A stretch of DNA of 64,000 bases, taken from Candidatus Sumerlaeota bacterium. GTDB lineage: Bacteria; Bacillota; SLNR01. Positions 38,672 through 48,446 of this stretch are shown piece after piece (within the stretch, counting starts at the first letter, position 1; the number at the start of each line of letters is the position of its first letter). Location: the NCBI GenBank assembly GCA_040766585.1, contig JAXGQE010000010.1, positions 63,117 through 127,116 of the forward strand. Reading direction: 5' to 3'. The position numbers were made by a program, and so were the translations under genes. The notes beneath the pieces are model-generated. The model was not told the DNA's origin, did no database searches, and saw only the letters and a list, made by a program, of their open reading frames with translations.

Positions 38672-40513
38672 ATGATGAAAGGATACATGGGAAAAATTCT
38701 CCATGTGGATTTGACCACTGAAACAATCCATACAGATTTTTATGATGAAGCCCACTTACGCAAATACATCGGCGGCAGCGGGCTGGGGGCCCGTATTCTC
38801 TATGACGAAACGGATGAATCCACCGATCCGCTGGGGCCTGATAATGTGCTGATCTTTATGACCGGTCCTCTCGTCGGGACAAAAATTCCTATGACCGGAC
38901 GGCATGCCGTGGTGGCAAAATCACCATTGACAGGCATTTGGGGTGAATCCGATTCGGGGGGGCACTGGGGATACATGCTCAAACGAGCTGGATTCGACGG
39001 CATAGTGTTTCGAGGTGCAGCGTCGAAACCGGTATATTTGTGGATTCACGAAGGAGAAGTGGAAATTCGCCCAGCCGATTCGATTTGGGGGCAGGACTCA
39101 TTTGTCACCGAAGAGATGATTCAAAAAGAAACCCATTCAAAAGCCGCCGTTGCCTGCATTGGCCCGGCTGGTGAGAATCTGGTCCGCATGGCTGCCATTA
39201 TGAATGACGGGAAAGACAGTCGTGCGGCAGGACGCTGCGGATTGGGCGCTGTCATGGGTTCCAAAATGCTTAAAGCAGTGGCTGTGTTTGGCGCAGAAGA
39301 GACACCGGTGGCAGACCCAGAAAAACTGGCTCAGATGGGGCGTACCATCGCCAAGCAAATAGCGGAGCGGACAAAAAGCTTCAGTGCTTTCGGAACATCC
39401 GGTGGACTGCAGACGGCAGAAAAAGTGGGCGATTTACCCATTCAGAACTGGCGAACCGGAACCTGGGAAAGCGGTGCTGCGAAAATATCAGGCCAAGCTA
39501 TGGCCGATTCCATATTGACCGGTAAATTTTTCTGTCAGGGTTGTGTAATTGGATGCGGACGAGTGGTTAAGCAGTATTATCAACCGTTTGCCGGCCTTGC
39601 CGGTGGCGGACCGGAATATGAAACGTTGGGTATGATTGGCAGCAACGCGCTGGTGGACGACCTGGAGACCATTGCTCGGGCCAATGAGTTGTGCAACCGC
39701 TACGGTGTTGATACTATTTCATGCGGTTCTGCAGCTGCCTTTGCTATAGAATGCTTCGAGCGCGGGTTAATCACCAAAGATGATACGAATGGCCTGGAAT
39801 TGGCCTGGGGTGATGGGAAAACACTGTTGGCACTCATTGAGATGATTGTTAAAAAGGAAGGGATCGGCGAGATTCTCAGTCAGGGAACTCGACGGGCAGC
39901 CGAAGCAATCGGAGGCATAGCATCCGAATTTGCGATTCATGTCAAAGGACTGGAACTTCCGGCTCATGACCCACGCGCCTACATCAGTCTGGGTGTAGGG
40001 TATGCAACCTCCAATCGGGGGGCATGCCATCTGCAGGGCTACAGCTATGCATTCGAACGAGGATTAACCTCCCCGGATATGGGATTTCCTGAGGTTTTGG
40101 ATCGTTTCTCTATGGACCGGAAAGGAGAACTGGCCGCAAAAACCCAGAATCTGATGAGCATGTTTGATTCCCTGAAAGTATGCAAGTTTATCCTCAGCGG
40201 GGGCGTGGATGTGCATAATCTGGTGGAATGGCTCAATGCTTCCACCGGCTGGGATATGACCGATGAGGAGTTTATGCGGACCGGAGAACGTTTATATAAT
40301 CTGAAACGAATGTACAATGTCCGCTGCGGGATCAGTCGAAAAGACGATGTCTTGCCCATGCGTATTCTGACGCAGCCCCGACGGGAAGGCGGTGCCGGAT
40401 ACAATCTGCCGCCTCTGGGGCCGATGCTGCACGAATACTATGCAATACGGGGTTGGTCCGATGAAGGGATTCCCCGTCCAGAAAAACTCAGCGAGCTGGA
40501 ATTACACATCTAA
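38672..40513 (+). CDS. aldehyde:ferredoxin oxidoreductase (tungsten/molybdopterin AOR family)
   Basis: 613 aa; N-terminal AOR domain (KILHVDLTT...YIGGSGLGARIL) and AOR-family length and architecture. Confidence 0.9.
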   Translation: MMKGYMGKILHVDLTTETIHTDFYDEAHLRKYIGGSGLGARILYDETDESTDPLGPDNVLIFMTGPLVGTKIPMTGRHAVVAKSPLTGIWGESDSGGHWGYMLKRAGFDGIVFRGAASKPVYLWIHEGEVEIRPADSIWGQDSFVTEEMIQKETHSKAAVACIGPAGENLVRMAAIMNDGKDSRAAGRCGLGAVMGSKMLKAVAVFGAEETPVADPEKLAQMGRTIAKQIAERTKSFSAFGTSGGLQTAEKVGDLPIQNWRTGTWESGAAKISGQAMADSILTGKFFCQGCVIGCGRVVKQYYQPFAGLAGGGPEYETLGMIGSNALVDDLETIARANELCNRYGVDTISCGSAAAFAIECFERGLITKDDTNGLELAWGDGKTLLALIEMIVKKEGIGEILSQGTRRAAEAIGGIASEFAIHVKGLELPAHDPRAYISLGVGYATSNRGACHLQGYSYAFERGLTSPDMGFPEVLDRFSMDRKGELAAKTQNLMSMFDSLKVCKFILSGGVDVHNLVEWLNASTGWDMTDEEFMRTGERLYNLKRMYNVRCGISRKDDVLPMRILTQPRREGGAGYNLPPLGPMLHEYYAIRGWSDEGIPRPEKLSELELHI

Positions 40514-40527
40514 CAGGGAGTGAGTAT

Positions 40528-42045
40528 ATGTCATTGGAACGGATCCGTCATGCAGGGCTGCGGGAGAAGGTTGTCTCTGCGAAAGATGCTGCTGCTTTGA
40601 TTCAGGATGGCATGAATATTGCCATCAGTGGATTTGCTCTTGCCGGAAATCCCAAGGAAGTACTGCCGGCCATGGTCAAAGAGATACAGAACAGCGGAAT
40701 CAGAAAAAAAATCAATCTGTGGACAGGTGCTTCCACGGGTTTTGAGGTAGACGGCCTGCTGGCTGAAAACGATGTTGTGATGAGACGATTCCCGTATCAG
40801 AGCAGCAAAGAAATGCGGCAGAGGATCAATCAGGGGGATGTTCAATATACAGATATGCATTTGAGCATGTCGCCCCAGTCTGTCCGGTATGGCTGGTGGG
40901 GTCATCTGGATTTGGCCATAATTGAGGCGGCTGCCATTACAGAAGAAGGGGAAATCGTTCTGACGACTGCGGTGGGAAACAGCCCGACTTTTGTGGAAGT
41001 TGCGGATCGGGTAATCATTGAAATCAATGAAACATTTCCGGAGAACCTGGAGGGAATTCACGACATTTTCCAGATAGCTGATCCTCCCGAAAGGATGTCG
41101 ATTCCGCTAACCCATCCAGATCAGCGTATCGGTTCACCGTTCCTTCATGTGCCTTTGGAAAAAGTGAAGGCCATTGTGTTTTCCAATGTACCGGAGAAGG
41201 GGCCTGTGTTTTCACCGGTGGAGGATGTTCACCAGAAGATTGCAGGGCATCTTATCGACTTTTTGGAGGGAGAGGTGGCCATCGGGCGAATGCCGCCTAA
41301 CCTGCTCCCTCTGCAGTCCGGTGTTGGCAATGTCGCCAATGCAGTACTGGCTGGTCTGGCCGATTCCAAGTTCAGTCATCTGCGTGTCTATTCTGAAGTG
41401 CTGCAGGATTCGATACTGACTCTTTTGGAAAGCGGTAAACTGGATTTTGCCTCCGGGTGTGCCATTAACCTGTCCCGAGATGCCATGCAAAAACTGTATT
41501 CCAATCTGGACTGGTACAAAGGAAAATTGATGCTCAGGCCTCTGGAAATCAGCAACCATCCGGAAGTGATCCGCCGCCTGGGGTTAATATCCATGAACAC
41601 GGCATTGGAAGCGGATATTTACGGCAATGTCAATTCAACTCATGTTCTGGGCAGCAAAATCATGAATGGTATTGGCGGTTCCGGTGACTTCACTCGAAAT
41701 GCCTTCCTATCATTTTTCTTTACTGAATCGATTGCAAAGCAAGGTAGTGTTTCATCCATTGTGCCGTATGTATCGCATACTGACCATACAGAACACGATG
41801 TAGATGTGATTATTACGGAACAGGGAGCGGCTGATTTGCGGGGATTATCTCCCCGGGAAAGAGCGCTGCGGATTATTCATCAATGTGCTCATCCGGATTA
41901 CCGTGATGCGCTGCAGGACTATTTTGATCGGGCCTGCCGCATGTCAGGAGGGCAAACACCGCATATTCTGGATCAGTGTTTCTCCTGGCACACCCGTTTC
42001 CAGAAAACGGGCAGCATGAAAGAGAATGAGAGTGATGCATTATGA
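40528..42045 (+). CDS. acetyl-CoA hydrolase/transferase-family CoA-transferase (succinate or 4-hydroxybutyrate CoA-transferase-like)
   Basis: 505 aa with family-typical N- and C-terminal domains (GNPKEVL..., GIGGSGDF); RBS CAGGGAG 7 nt upstream. Confidence 0.88.
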   Translation: MSLERIRHAGLREKVVSAKDAAALIQDGMNIAISGFALAGNPKEVLPAMVKEIQNSGIRKKINLWTGASTGFEVDGLLAENDVVMRRFPYQSSKEMRQRINQGDVQYTDMHLSMSPQSVRYGWWGHLDLAIIEAAAITEEGEIVLTTAVGNSPTFVEVADRVIIEINETFPENLEGIHDIFQIADPPERMSIPLTHPDQRIGSPFLHVPLEKVKAIVFSNVPEKGPVFSPVEDVHQKIAGHLIDFLEGEVAIGRMPPNLLPLQSGVGNVANAVLAGLADSKFSHLRVYSEVLQDSILTLLESGKLDFASGCAINLSRDAMQKLYSNLDWYKGKLMLRPLEISNHPEVIRRLGLISMNTALEADIYGNVNSTHVLGSKIMNGIGGSGDFTRNAFLSFFFTESIAKQGSVSSIVPYVSHTDHTEHDVDVIITEQGAADLRGLSPRERALRIIHQCAHPDYRDALQDYFDRACRMSGGQTPHILDQCFSWHTRFQKTGSMKENESDAL

Positions 42046-43271
42046 TCCGTCATCTTGAAAAAGGAGTGGGATTCCGCCAAAGTATCGCCGGGATCCCTTC
42101 CAGGATTCATGCGGATAATGTCAGTGCCGGCATTGTTGCCGGCATTTTCAATATTGGCACTCTGCTTTTAATCACAAAAATTCTTCAGGATGCTGGGCTG
42201 CCCCAACCGGTTATTCTGTCCTGGATTCTGGTCGTATTCACGGGCGGGGGTTTCCTATCTCTGATCATGTCGCTGTATTACCAAAAGCCCATTGCCGGCG
42301 CATGGAGCATTGCTGGGCTGGTTCTGGTCAGCGGCTCCCTGCCGTATTATTCTCTGCCCCAGCTTACGGGTGGTTTTTTTATGGCGGGTGCAATTGTTGC
42401 CTTGTTGGGTTTTACCGGCGTCATCAGCCGCATCGTCCGATGGCTGCCACGGCCGGTCATGATGGCCATGATTGCAGGAATTTTGCTGCGCTTTGGGGTG
42501 GGCATTATTGTGGCTCTGGAACAGGATCCGCTTTTAGCCGGAATTCCCCTTATTCTTTTTATGGTCTCCCAGCGGCTTTTCCCCCGATTTCCAGCGGTAC
42601 TGTCTGCTCTGGTGGGCGGTGGCCTGATGGTTTTTTTCAGCCACACCATCACCTGGAGCCCGATTGTACTGGGAGTGGCACGGCCGGTTTTTGTGGTCCC
42701 GGAATTTACTCTTCCTGCATTGGTGGGAATCAGTTTGCCATTGGCTCTGACCATCATCGGGGCTGAAAATATGCAGGCTATGGGTATTCTGATGGCGGAA
42801 GGGTACGATCAGCATCCTCCGGGGACTACGGTACCGATGAATGCCATGACAGCAGCCTCCGGGCTGGGCATCATGATTGTTTCTTTCTTTGCCGGCCACA
42901 GCCTTACCATGGCCGGGGTGCTGACGGCAATTTGCAGTGGTGAAAGTGCTGGAGAAGATCGTGATGGACGGTATATAGCCGCTCTGGTTGCTGGGCTTAT
43001 TACCATGATGTTTGGGATTTTGGGGGCTACGCTGGTTCATGTACTGGAATCCATGCCAGAGTCTTTGATTAATGCTGTCGCAGGCCTGGCCATGGCGGGA
43101 GCGTTGATTGCTTCATTCCGCAGTGCATTTTCAGGCCGATTTAGTTACGGGGCCTTTTTTGCATTTGTCACTGCTGTATCCGGAATTCGTGTTCTCGGTA
43201 TCGGGGCTCCATTTTGGGCGCTTCTTCTGGGACTTGCGGCTGCAGCGATGCTGGATGGGAAGGATTGGTAA
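42042..43271 (+). CDS. BenE-family (benzoate/organic-acid:H+ symporter-like) membrane transporter
   Basis: 409 aa polytopic membrane protein; start overlaps the CoA-transferase stop (ATGA), indicating translational coupling. Confidence 0.78.
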   Translation: MIRHLEKGVGFRQSIAGIPSRIHADNVSAGIVAGIFNIGTLLLITKILQDAGLPQPVILSWILVVFTGGGFLSLIMSLYYQKPIAGAWSIAGLVLVSGSLPYYSLPQLTGGFFMAGAIVALLGFTGVISRIVRWLPRPVMMAMIAGILLRFGVGIIVALEQDPLLAGIPLILFMVSQRLFPRFPAVLSALVGGGLMVFFSHTITWSPIVLGVARPVFVVPEFTLPALVGISLPLALTIIGAENMQAMGILMAEGYDQHPPGTTVPMNAMTAASGLGIMIVSFFAGHSLTMAGVLTAICSGESAGEDRDGRYIAALVAGLITMMFGILGATLVHVLESMPESLINAVAGLAMAGALIASFRSAFSGRFSYGAFFAFVTAVSGIRVLGIGAPFWALLLGLAAAAMLDGKDW

Positions 43272-43391
43272 TATCCGAAAAATTACTTACATTTAATCAT
43301 TGCGATGAATAAATGTTCGGGTAATTTTTCTTTTTAAGGGGAGAAATCAGAAAAAATGCTCGTTTAGTTTGTGTTTATTATCACTAAAGCC

Positions 43392-43420
43392 CTTGACAAC
43401 TTGCAGTGACAATGCTACTA
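43392..43420 (+). promoter_or_regulatory. sigma-A-type promoter of glnA (leader about 300 nt)
   Basis: TTGACA (43392-43397), 17-nt spacer, TACTAT (43415-43420). Confidence 0.6.
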
Positions 43421-43724
43421 TAACGACATTATAGATTGCATCCGAACCAGTTGGATGTGGTGGACGGATACAGAAGGAGGTGGAAGATGGGTAAGGGAAG
43501 AGATCCGATCGGGAACACGGCATGGAGTCTTCTCGGTTGTCAAAGCGCCAGAACTTGACTTCGGTCAAGTTGACGAGGGAGAGGTTAATCGAATCTTCGG
43601 CGGGTGCCTCTCGGTGCAGTCACCATCGTAGAAATGCTACAAATCCCGGAAGTGATTTCGGTGACAAAAGGCATTGCAGTGACAATTGTAGTTTGATATA
43701 TGAATATTGGGGGAGGAATCGTTT

Positions 43725-45071
43725 ATGTCGGCTTCTTTTAGGCCTGACTATACAAAGGAAGACGTCCTGGCTAAGGCAAAGGAAGAGGGCGTTGAATTCG
43801 TTCGGCTTCAGTTTTCTGATATCCTTGGCATCGCAAAGAATGTAGCCATTCCGGTTAGAGAACTGGGACATGCACTGGACGGCAAGGTTATGTTTGACGG
43901 CTCATCCATTTCCGGATTTGTCCGGATTGAGGAATCAGATATGTACCTGCGTCCAGATCCAGGTAGTTTCGAAGTGTATCCCTGGACACGGGGAGAGGGA
44001 ACCAGTGCTCGACTGATCTGCGATGTGTATAACCCGGATGGGACTCCGTTTGCCGGATGCCCTCGCGGTATTTTGAAACGGGTTATGCAGGAAGCAAAAG
44101 ATCTTGGATACACTTTCTACACAGGCACGGAGGCGGAATTTTTCCTCTTCCCAAAAGATGGGAATGGTCATATAATTGCGACCACTCATGACAATGGAGG
44201 GTATTTTGATTTTCCACCCACGGATTTGGGTGAAAATGCCCGACGGGACATGATCGTAGCCCTGGAAAAGATGGGATTTGAAGTGGAAGCTTCTCATCAC
44301 GAGACTGCCCATGGCCAGCATGAGATTGATTTTCGCTATGCGGATGCGCTCCTGACTTCAGATAATGTACTAACCTTTAAACTGGTGGTCAAGACCATCG
44401 CTATGCAGCATGGACTGCATGCTACATTTATGCCGAAACCGGTTTGCGGTATCAACGGTTCAGGTATGCATACTCACCAGTCGCTGTACAAAAACGGCAG
44501 GAACGCTTTCGAAGACCCGAGCAAACCCCACGGATTGAGTGACGAGGCAATGCATTACATGGGAGGATTGCTCAAGCATGCCCGTAGTTTTGCAGCCATT
44601 ACCAATCCATTGGTCAATTCGTACAAACGATTGGTTCCGGGGTATGAAGCACCGGTGTACATCGCCTGGTCTGAACGGAACCGGAGTCCGCTGATTCGGA
44701 TTCCCGCGATGCGGGGTGCCGGGACGCGTATTGAACTGCGTTTTCCGGATCCCACATGCAATCCATATCTGGCGATGGCTGTTATGCTGAAGTCAGGTCT
44801 GGATGGGATTAAAAATAAGATTGATCCCGGAGAACCAACCAATATCAATATCTATAAGATGACTGAAGAGGAAAAGGATTCAATGGGCATTATCAGTTTG
44901 CCAGGCAGCCTGGAAGAGGCGCTGGATGAATTGGAAGCCAGTGAACTGATGCGGGAGGCTCTGGGAGATCATACTTATGAACACTTCCTGGCGGCAAAAC
45001 GCAGAGAATGGGATTCGTACCGCATTCAGGTTCATCAGTGGGAAATTGATAAGTATATGAGCACATTTTAA
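43725..45071 (+). CDS. glnA: glutamine synthetase, type I (Bacillus-like)
   Basis: ORF 43707-45071, start at ATG 43725 behind GGGGGAGG; near-identical blocks to B. subtilis GlnA as I recall it ([20 protein letters not shown], KPxxGxNGSGMH, [13 protein letters not shown]). Confidence 0.93.
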   Translation: MSASFRPDYTKEDVLAKAKEEGVEFVRLQFSDILGIAKNVAIPVRELGHALDGKVMFDGSSISGFVRIEESDMYLRPDPGSFEVYPWTRGEGTSARLICDVYNPDGTPFAGCPRGILKRVMQEAKDLGYTFYTGTEAEFFLFPKDGNGHIIATTHDNGGYFDFPPTDLGENARRDMIVALEKMGFEVEASHHETAHGQHEIDFRYADALLTSDNVLTFKLVVKTIAMQHGLHATFMPKPVCGINGSGMHTHQSLYKNGRNAFEDPSKPHGLSDEAMHYMGGLLKHARSFAAITNPLVNSYKRLVPGYEAPVYIAWSERNRSPLIRIPAMRGAGTRIELRFPDPTCNPYLAMAVMLKSGLDGIKNKIDPGEPTNINIYKMTEEEKDSMGIISLPGSLEEALDELEASELMREALGDHTYEHFLAAKRREWDSYRIQVHQWEIDKYMSTF

Positions 45072-45078
45072 TAAGTAC

Positions 45079-45107
45079 AGGCTGCATTTCGGTGCAGCCT
45101 TTTTTTT
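45079..45107 (+). terminator. intrinsic terminator after glnA
   Basis: Perfect 8-bp stem AGGCTGCA/TGCAGCCT with TTTCGG loop followed by T7. Confidence 0.85.
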
Positions 45108-45324
45108 GTGTACACGATTCAGTTTAGAACATGGGTAGGACTTCGTATGGAGTTGAAGTTTGTTCTTTGCTTTAATCAAAAGAGGAAATTGCAGTTTGAA
45201 GGAAATATACAATATTTAGATAATCTAATCAATATTGAATCGACCTGTTCAGGTAGGCAGCTTCAAAAGAGATCGTATGAACCATTTCTGATTTTGTTTT
45301 CTGCAGATTGAAAGGGGAATGGGT

Positions 45325-46272
45325 ATGGGCGTATCGTACCGAAATATGAATGATGATGATCTGCGGCAAGTGCAAAAGCTGATTCCCATCGTGTTTGCCG
45401 ATCTTTTTACCAAAGAGACCGGACGGCCTCATTATCTTCCGCAGCGAACAAAAGAAGAAATGACCAGCTACCTGGAGAAGGACCCGGATGGGGCTTTTGT
45501 AGCCGTTACGGAAAGAAAAAAAATCATTGGCTGTGTTTTCTGCCACCGGTGGGGTGATACTGGCTGGCTGGGACCACTGGTTGTGTTGTCATCCTATCAG
45601 GGCAGAGGAATTGGAAGCAGCCTCTTGAAGTTGGCAACGGAGCATCTGGTAAAAGCACAGTGCAAAGTAATCGGACTGGAGACTATGCCGCAGACAACGG
45701 CCAATGTGGGCTTGTATCTGAGGCACGGATACTTTCCTGAAAATCTTCGAATCCGATTGGGGAAGGAGATTGGGTTTGAACCGGAATCCATCGATGATCG
45801 CTTGATTGACTGCCTGGACAGGAGCGATGTGATTCCTTTCCTTCCGGAAGCAGCCCGGATCAGCCGCTCTGTAGATCCGTGCATTGATTATGCCCGGGAG
45901 ATCGAGGCAACATACCGGTTCAACCTGGGGCGCTGTTTATTCTGGAAAAACCAAAGCCGAATTTCTGGGTTCATGCTGGTGCACTGGATTCCAGCCAGTA
46001 CCCGGGTCATGGTGAAGGCTATGGTTGGGGATCCTGAACAGAATGCTCTGGAACATTTTCACGATTTCTTGTCCGCCTGCGAACAGGTACTGGCGCAAGA
46101 AGGTATGAGGCAGCTGATTGTGCCGGTCTATGGAGGCCATCATCGTGTACTGGAGATCCTGACTCACTCCGGCTATCGCGTGCAGCATGTCGGTGTCCGT
46201 ATGCTTTACCGTAAAGATAAGTCGCCTGTAAGTGTTGAAAACCTGGTTCATCTGGCTCAGTGGTCCGGTTAG
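45325..46272 (+). CDS. GNAT-family N-acetyltransferase (two-domain)
   Basis: GNAT acetyl-CoA-binding motif QGRGIGSSLL; start at ATG 45325 (second of two ATGs after AAAGGGGAA). Confidence 0.7.
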   Translation: MGVSYRNMNDDDLRQVQKLIPIVFADLFTKETGRPHYLPQRTKEEMTSYLEKDPDGAFVAVTERKKIIGCVFCHRWGDTGWLGPLVVLSSYQGRGIGSSLLKLATEHLVKAQCKVIGLETMPQTTANVGLYLRHGYFPENLRIRLGKEIGFEPESIDDRLIDCLDRSDVIPFLPEAARISRSVDPCIDYAREIEATYRFNLGRCLFWKNQSRISGFMLVHWIPASTRVMVKAMVGDPEQNALEHFHDFLSACEQVLAQEGMRQLIVPVYGGHHRVLEILTHSGYRVQHVGVRMLYRKDKSPVSVENLVHLAQWSG

Positions 46273-46293
46273 CGTAAAAATATAGAAATGGAA

Positions 46294-46319
46294 AAAGAGT
46301 GGATATCCACTCTTTTTTT
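46294..46319 (+). terminator. intrinsic terminator
   Basis: AAAAGAGTGGATATCCACTCTTTTTTT: palindromic hairpin plus T-run. Confidence 0.8.
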
Positions 46320-46437
46320 ATTTTGCCCGGGAGTCTGTGAGTCTGAACAGGCGGGCATTTAAAAAAAGTTGAAAAATTTTGAAAAAAAATTGAAAAGCCA
46401 GCAGGAATCCTCGTACAGTACGAGAATAACTACCCTC

Positions 46438-46466
46438 AAGTGGGTGATTGTGGAGGAAAGTGGTAG
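46438..46466 (+). promoter_or_regulatory. MraZ-box-like direct repeats (three GTGG units at 10-bp phasing) upstream of mraZ
   Basis: GTGGGT at 46440, GTGGAG at 46450, GTGGTA at 46460 (AAGTGG / AAAGTGG contexts), about 30 nt upstream of the mraZ start. Confidence 0.55.
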
Positions 46467-46494
46467 ATTATACACAGACGGTGGGGGAAATATC

Positions 46495-46926
46495 ATGTTT
46501 ATGGGTGAATACAGACACTCAATTGATGGGAAAAACCGCATGATAATTCCGGCAAAATTCCGGGACGACCTGGGTGATCACTTTGTGATGACCAAGGGGT
46601 TGGACGGCTGTCTGTTTTTATATCCCCTGTCTGAGTGGTCCATTCTGGAAGATAAGCTCAAATCCCTGCCGTTTACCAAGTCCGATGCGCGATCTTTTGT
46701 CAGGTTCTTCTTCTCCGGGGCTACAGAGTGTGAAGTGGACAAGCAGGGAAGGATTCTGCTTCCTCAGAATCTGAAGGATTTCTGCAAAATATCCAAAGAT
46801 GTGGTAATTATCGGCGTATCGACACGAGTAGAAATCTGGGCGGAGGAAGTCTGGACAACCTACAGCCAGGAAGCTGAAGAAACATACGAGGAAATTGCGG
46901 AGAACATGGTGGATCTGGGAATATAG
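46495..46926 (+). CDS. mraZ: transcriptional regulator MraZ
   Basis: ORF 46369-46926, start at ATG 46495 ([15 protein letters not shown]...) behind GGTGGGGGAAA; two DXXXR-type MraZ repeats. Confidence 0.9.
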   Translation: MFMGEYRHSIDGKNRMIIPAKFRDDLGDHFVMTKGLDGCLFLYPLSEWSILEDKLKSLPFTKSDARSFVRFFFSGATECEVDKQGRILLPQNLKDFCKISKDVVIIGVSTRVEIWAEEVWTTYSQEAEETYEEIAENMVDLGI

Positions 46927-46934
46927 CATAACAG

Positions 46935-47888
46935 ATGCAGGCGGTGGTAACCTTGGATTTTCAACATATTCCGGTTCTACTGAAAGAAATCATGCAAGGT
47001 CTGAAACCGGATCCGGGGGATATCATTGTCGACGGGACTGTGGGTGGAGCGGGTCATGCCCACGCAATTATCCCTCATATCCTGCCGGGTGGACGATATA
47101 TCGGGATTGATAAAGATCCGGCGGCCATTGCTGCAGCCACACATATTCTTTCCGAATTTGGTTCTTCGGTTACATTGGTACGAAGCAGCTATGCGCTGGT
47201 GCCGGAAGTGCTGGCCGATTTGGGAATTGAAAGGATCGATGGGATCCTTTTTGATCTAGGGGTTTCTTCCCACCAGCTGGATCAGCCGGAACGTGGTTTC
47301 AGCTACATGGCGGATGCACCTTTGGATATGCGTATGGATCCGGATGGATCGCTGACTGCGAAAGACATTGTCAATCAGTACAGTCATGAGGAACTGACCC
47401 GTATTCTTCGCACTTACGGAGAAGAACGATGGGCCAGCCGCATTGCATCATACATAGTTCAGGAGCGGGAACGTTCGGTTATTTCAACGACGGAACAATT
47501 GGTGGCTGTGATCAAAAAAGCAATTCCAGCATCTGCACGCAGAACCGGGCCTCATCCTGCCCGAAGAACATTCCAGGCATTGAGAATCGCCGTGAACGAC
47601 GAACTAACGGAACTGGAAAATACTCTGCAGCGGGTCATTCCTCTACTGAATGATAAGGGTCGAATCTGTGTCATTTCGTTTCATTCTCTGGAAGATAGAA
47701 TTGTAAAGCAAGCATTCCAGGAATTTGCCAAAGGATGTATTTGTCCACCGGAATTGCCAGTCTGTGTCTGCAGCAGGAAGCCGCAGATTCGAATCATTAC
47801 AAGAAGGCCGATTGAAGCAAGTCAACAGGAACTGGAAGTGAATTTGCGAGCACGGAGTGCGAAACTGCGCATCGCAGAAAAAATATGA
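46935..47888 (+). CDS. rsmH: 16S rRNA (cytosine1402-N4)-methyltransferase
   Basis: HIPVLL, DGTVGGAGH and DLGVSSHQLD motifs typical of RsmH/MraW; 317 aa. Confidence 0.93.
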   Translation: MQAVVTLDFQHIPVLLKEIMQGLKPDPGDIIVDGTVGGAGHAHAIIPHILPGGRYIGIDKDPAAIAAATHILSEFGSSVTLVRSSYALVPEVLADLGIERIDGILFDLGVSSHQLDQPERGFSYMADAPLDMRMDPDGSLTAKDIVNQYSHEELTRILRTYGEERWASRIASYIVQERERSVISTTEQLVAVIKKAIPASARRTGPHPARRTFQALRIAVNDELTELENTLQRVIPLLNDKGRICVISFHSLEDRIVKQAFQEFAKGCICPPELPVCVCSRKPQIRIITRRPIEASQQELEVNLRARSAKLRIAEKI

Positions 47889-47903
47889 AGCGAGGTGACA
47901 AGA

Positions 47904-48416
47904 ATGGGACTTCAACAGCGGGCGTATGACTATGACTATGAATATCCTGTGCATCATCGGACCCGGCACGCTGTTGAGGCGCAGCCGGTACGGCGTGAAA
48001 AAAAGCGTATTAAGGCTGAAAAGCATTCTGTTCCAGCATCCCGATATGTTATAATAATTGTGGCTGTAGTACTGATTAATGTCCTTTTGGTTTGCCGGCA
48101 GAATATTGTTTTGCAGAGGGGATATGAATTATCTCACCTGAACAACGAATTAACGGCTTTGCAAGAAGAGAATCAGCGATTAACTCTAGCTGTGGGAAAG
48201 CTGGAGTCATTGGATCGCATCGAAAATATTGCATTATCCCGTCTGGGTATGGTCCACAGTGATCAGATCAGGCTGGTATCATTCCAACCGACAGAACCTT
48301 TGGAAGGGGATTCGGTGACCATTGCCGGAAGTACCCAAGAATCCTGGTTTGGCAGAATTGCAGCTGCCATTCGCGGTGATTCAGCCCGTGCTGAGGCCAG
48401 CGGTACACAGCCGTAA
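47904..48416 (+). CDS. ftsL: cell division protein FtsL-like (septum formation initiator)
   Basis: ORF 47895-48416, start at ATG 47904; single TM helix followed by a leucine-zipper-like coiled coil; conserved position between rsmH and the PBP gene. Confidence 0.65.
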   Translation: MGLQQRAYDYDYEYPVHHRTRHAVEAQPVRREKKRIKAEKHSVPASRYVIIIVAVVLINVLLVCRQNIVLQRGYELSHLNNELTALQEENQRLTLAVGKLESLDRIENIALSRLGMVHSDQIRLVSFQPTEPLEGDSVTIAGSTQESWFGRIAAAIRGDSARAEASGTQP

Positions 48417-48446
48417 GTCAATTGTTTTCTGAGAGGAGAATGGCAT

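Noticed and set aside
43522-43845. 107-aa plus-strand ORF spanning the glnA start
   Set aside because: Out of frame with and overlapping glnA; no RBS; arginine/serine-rich chance product.
45108-45311. 67-aa ORF in the AT-rich region between glnA and the GNAT gene
   Set aside because: No RBS, atypical composition, lies in a likely promoter/regulatory region; I also could not define a promoter-terminator pair for a small RNA there.
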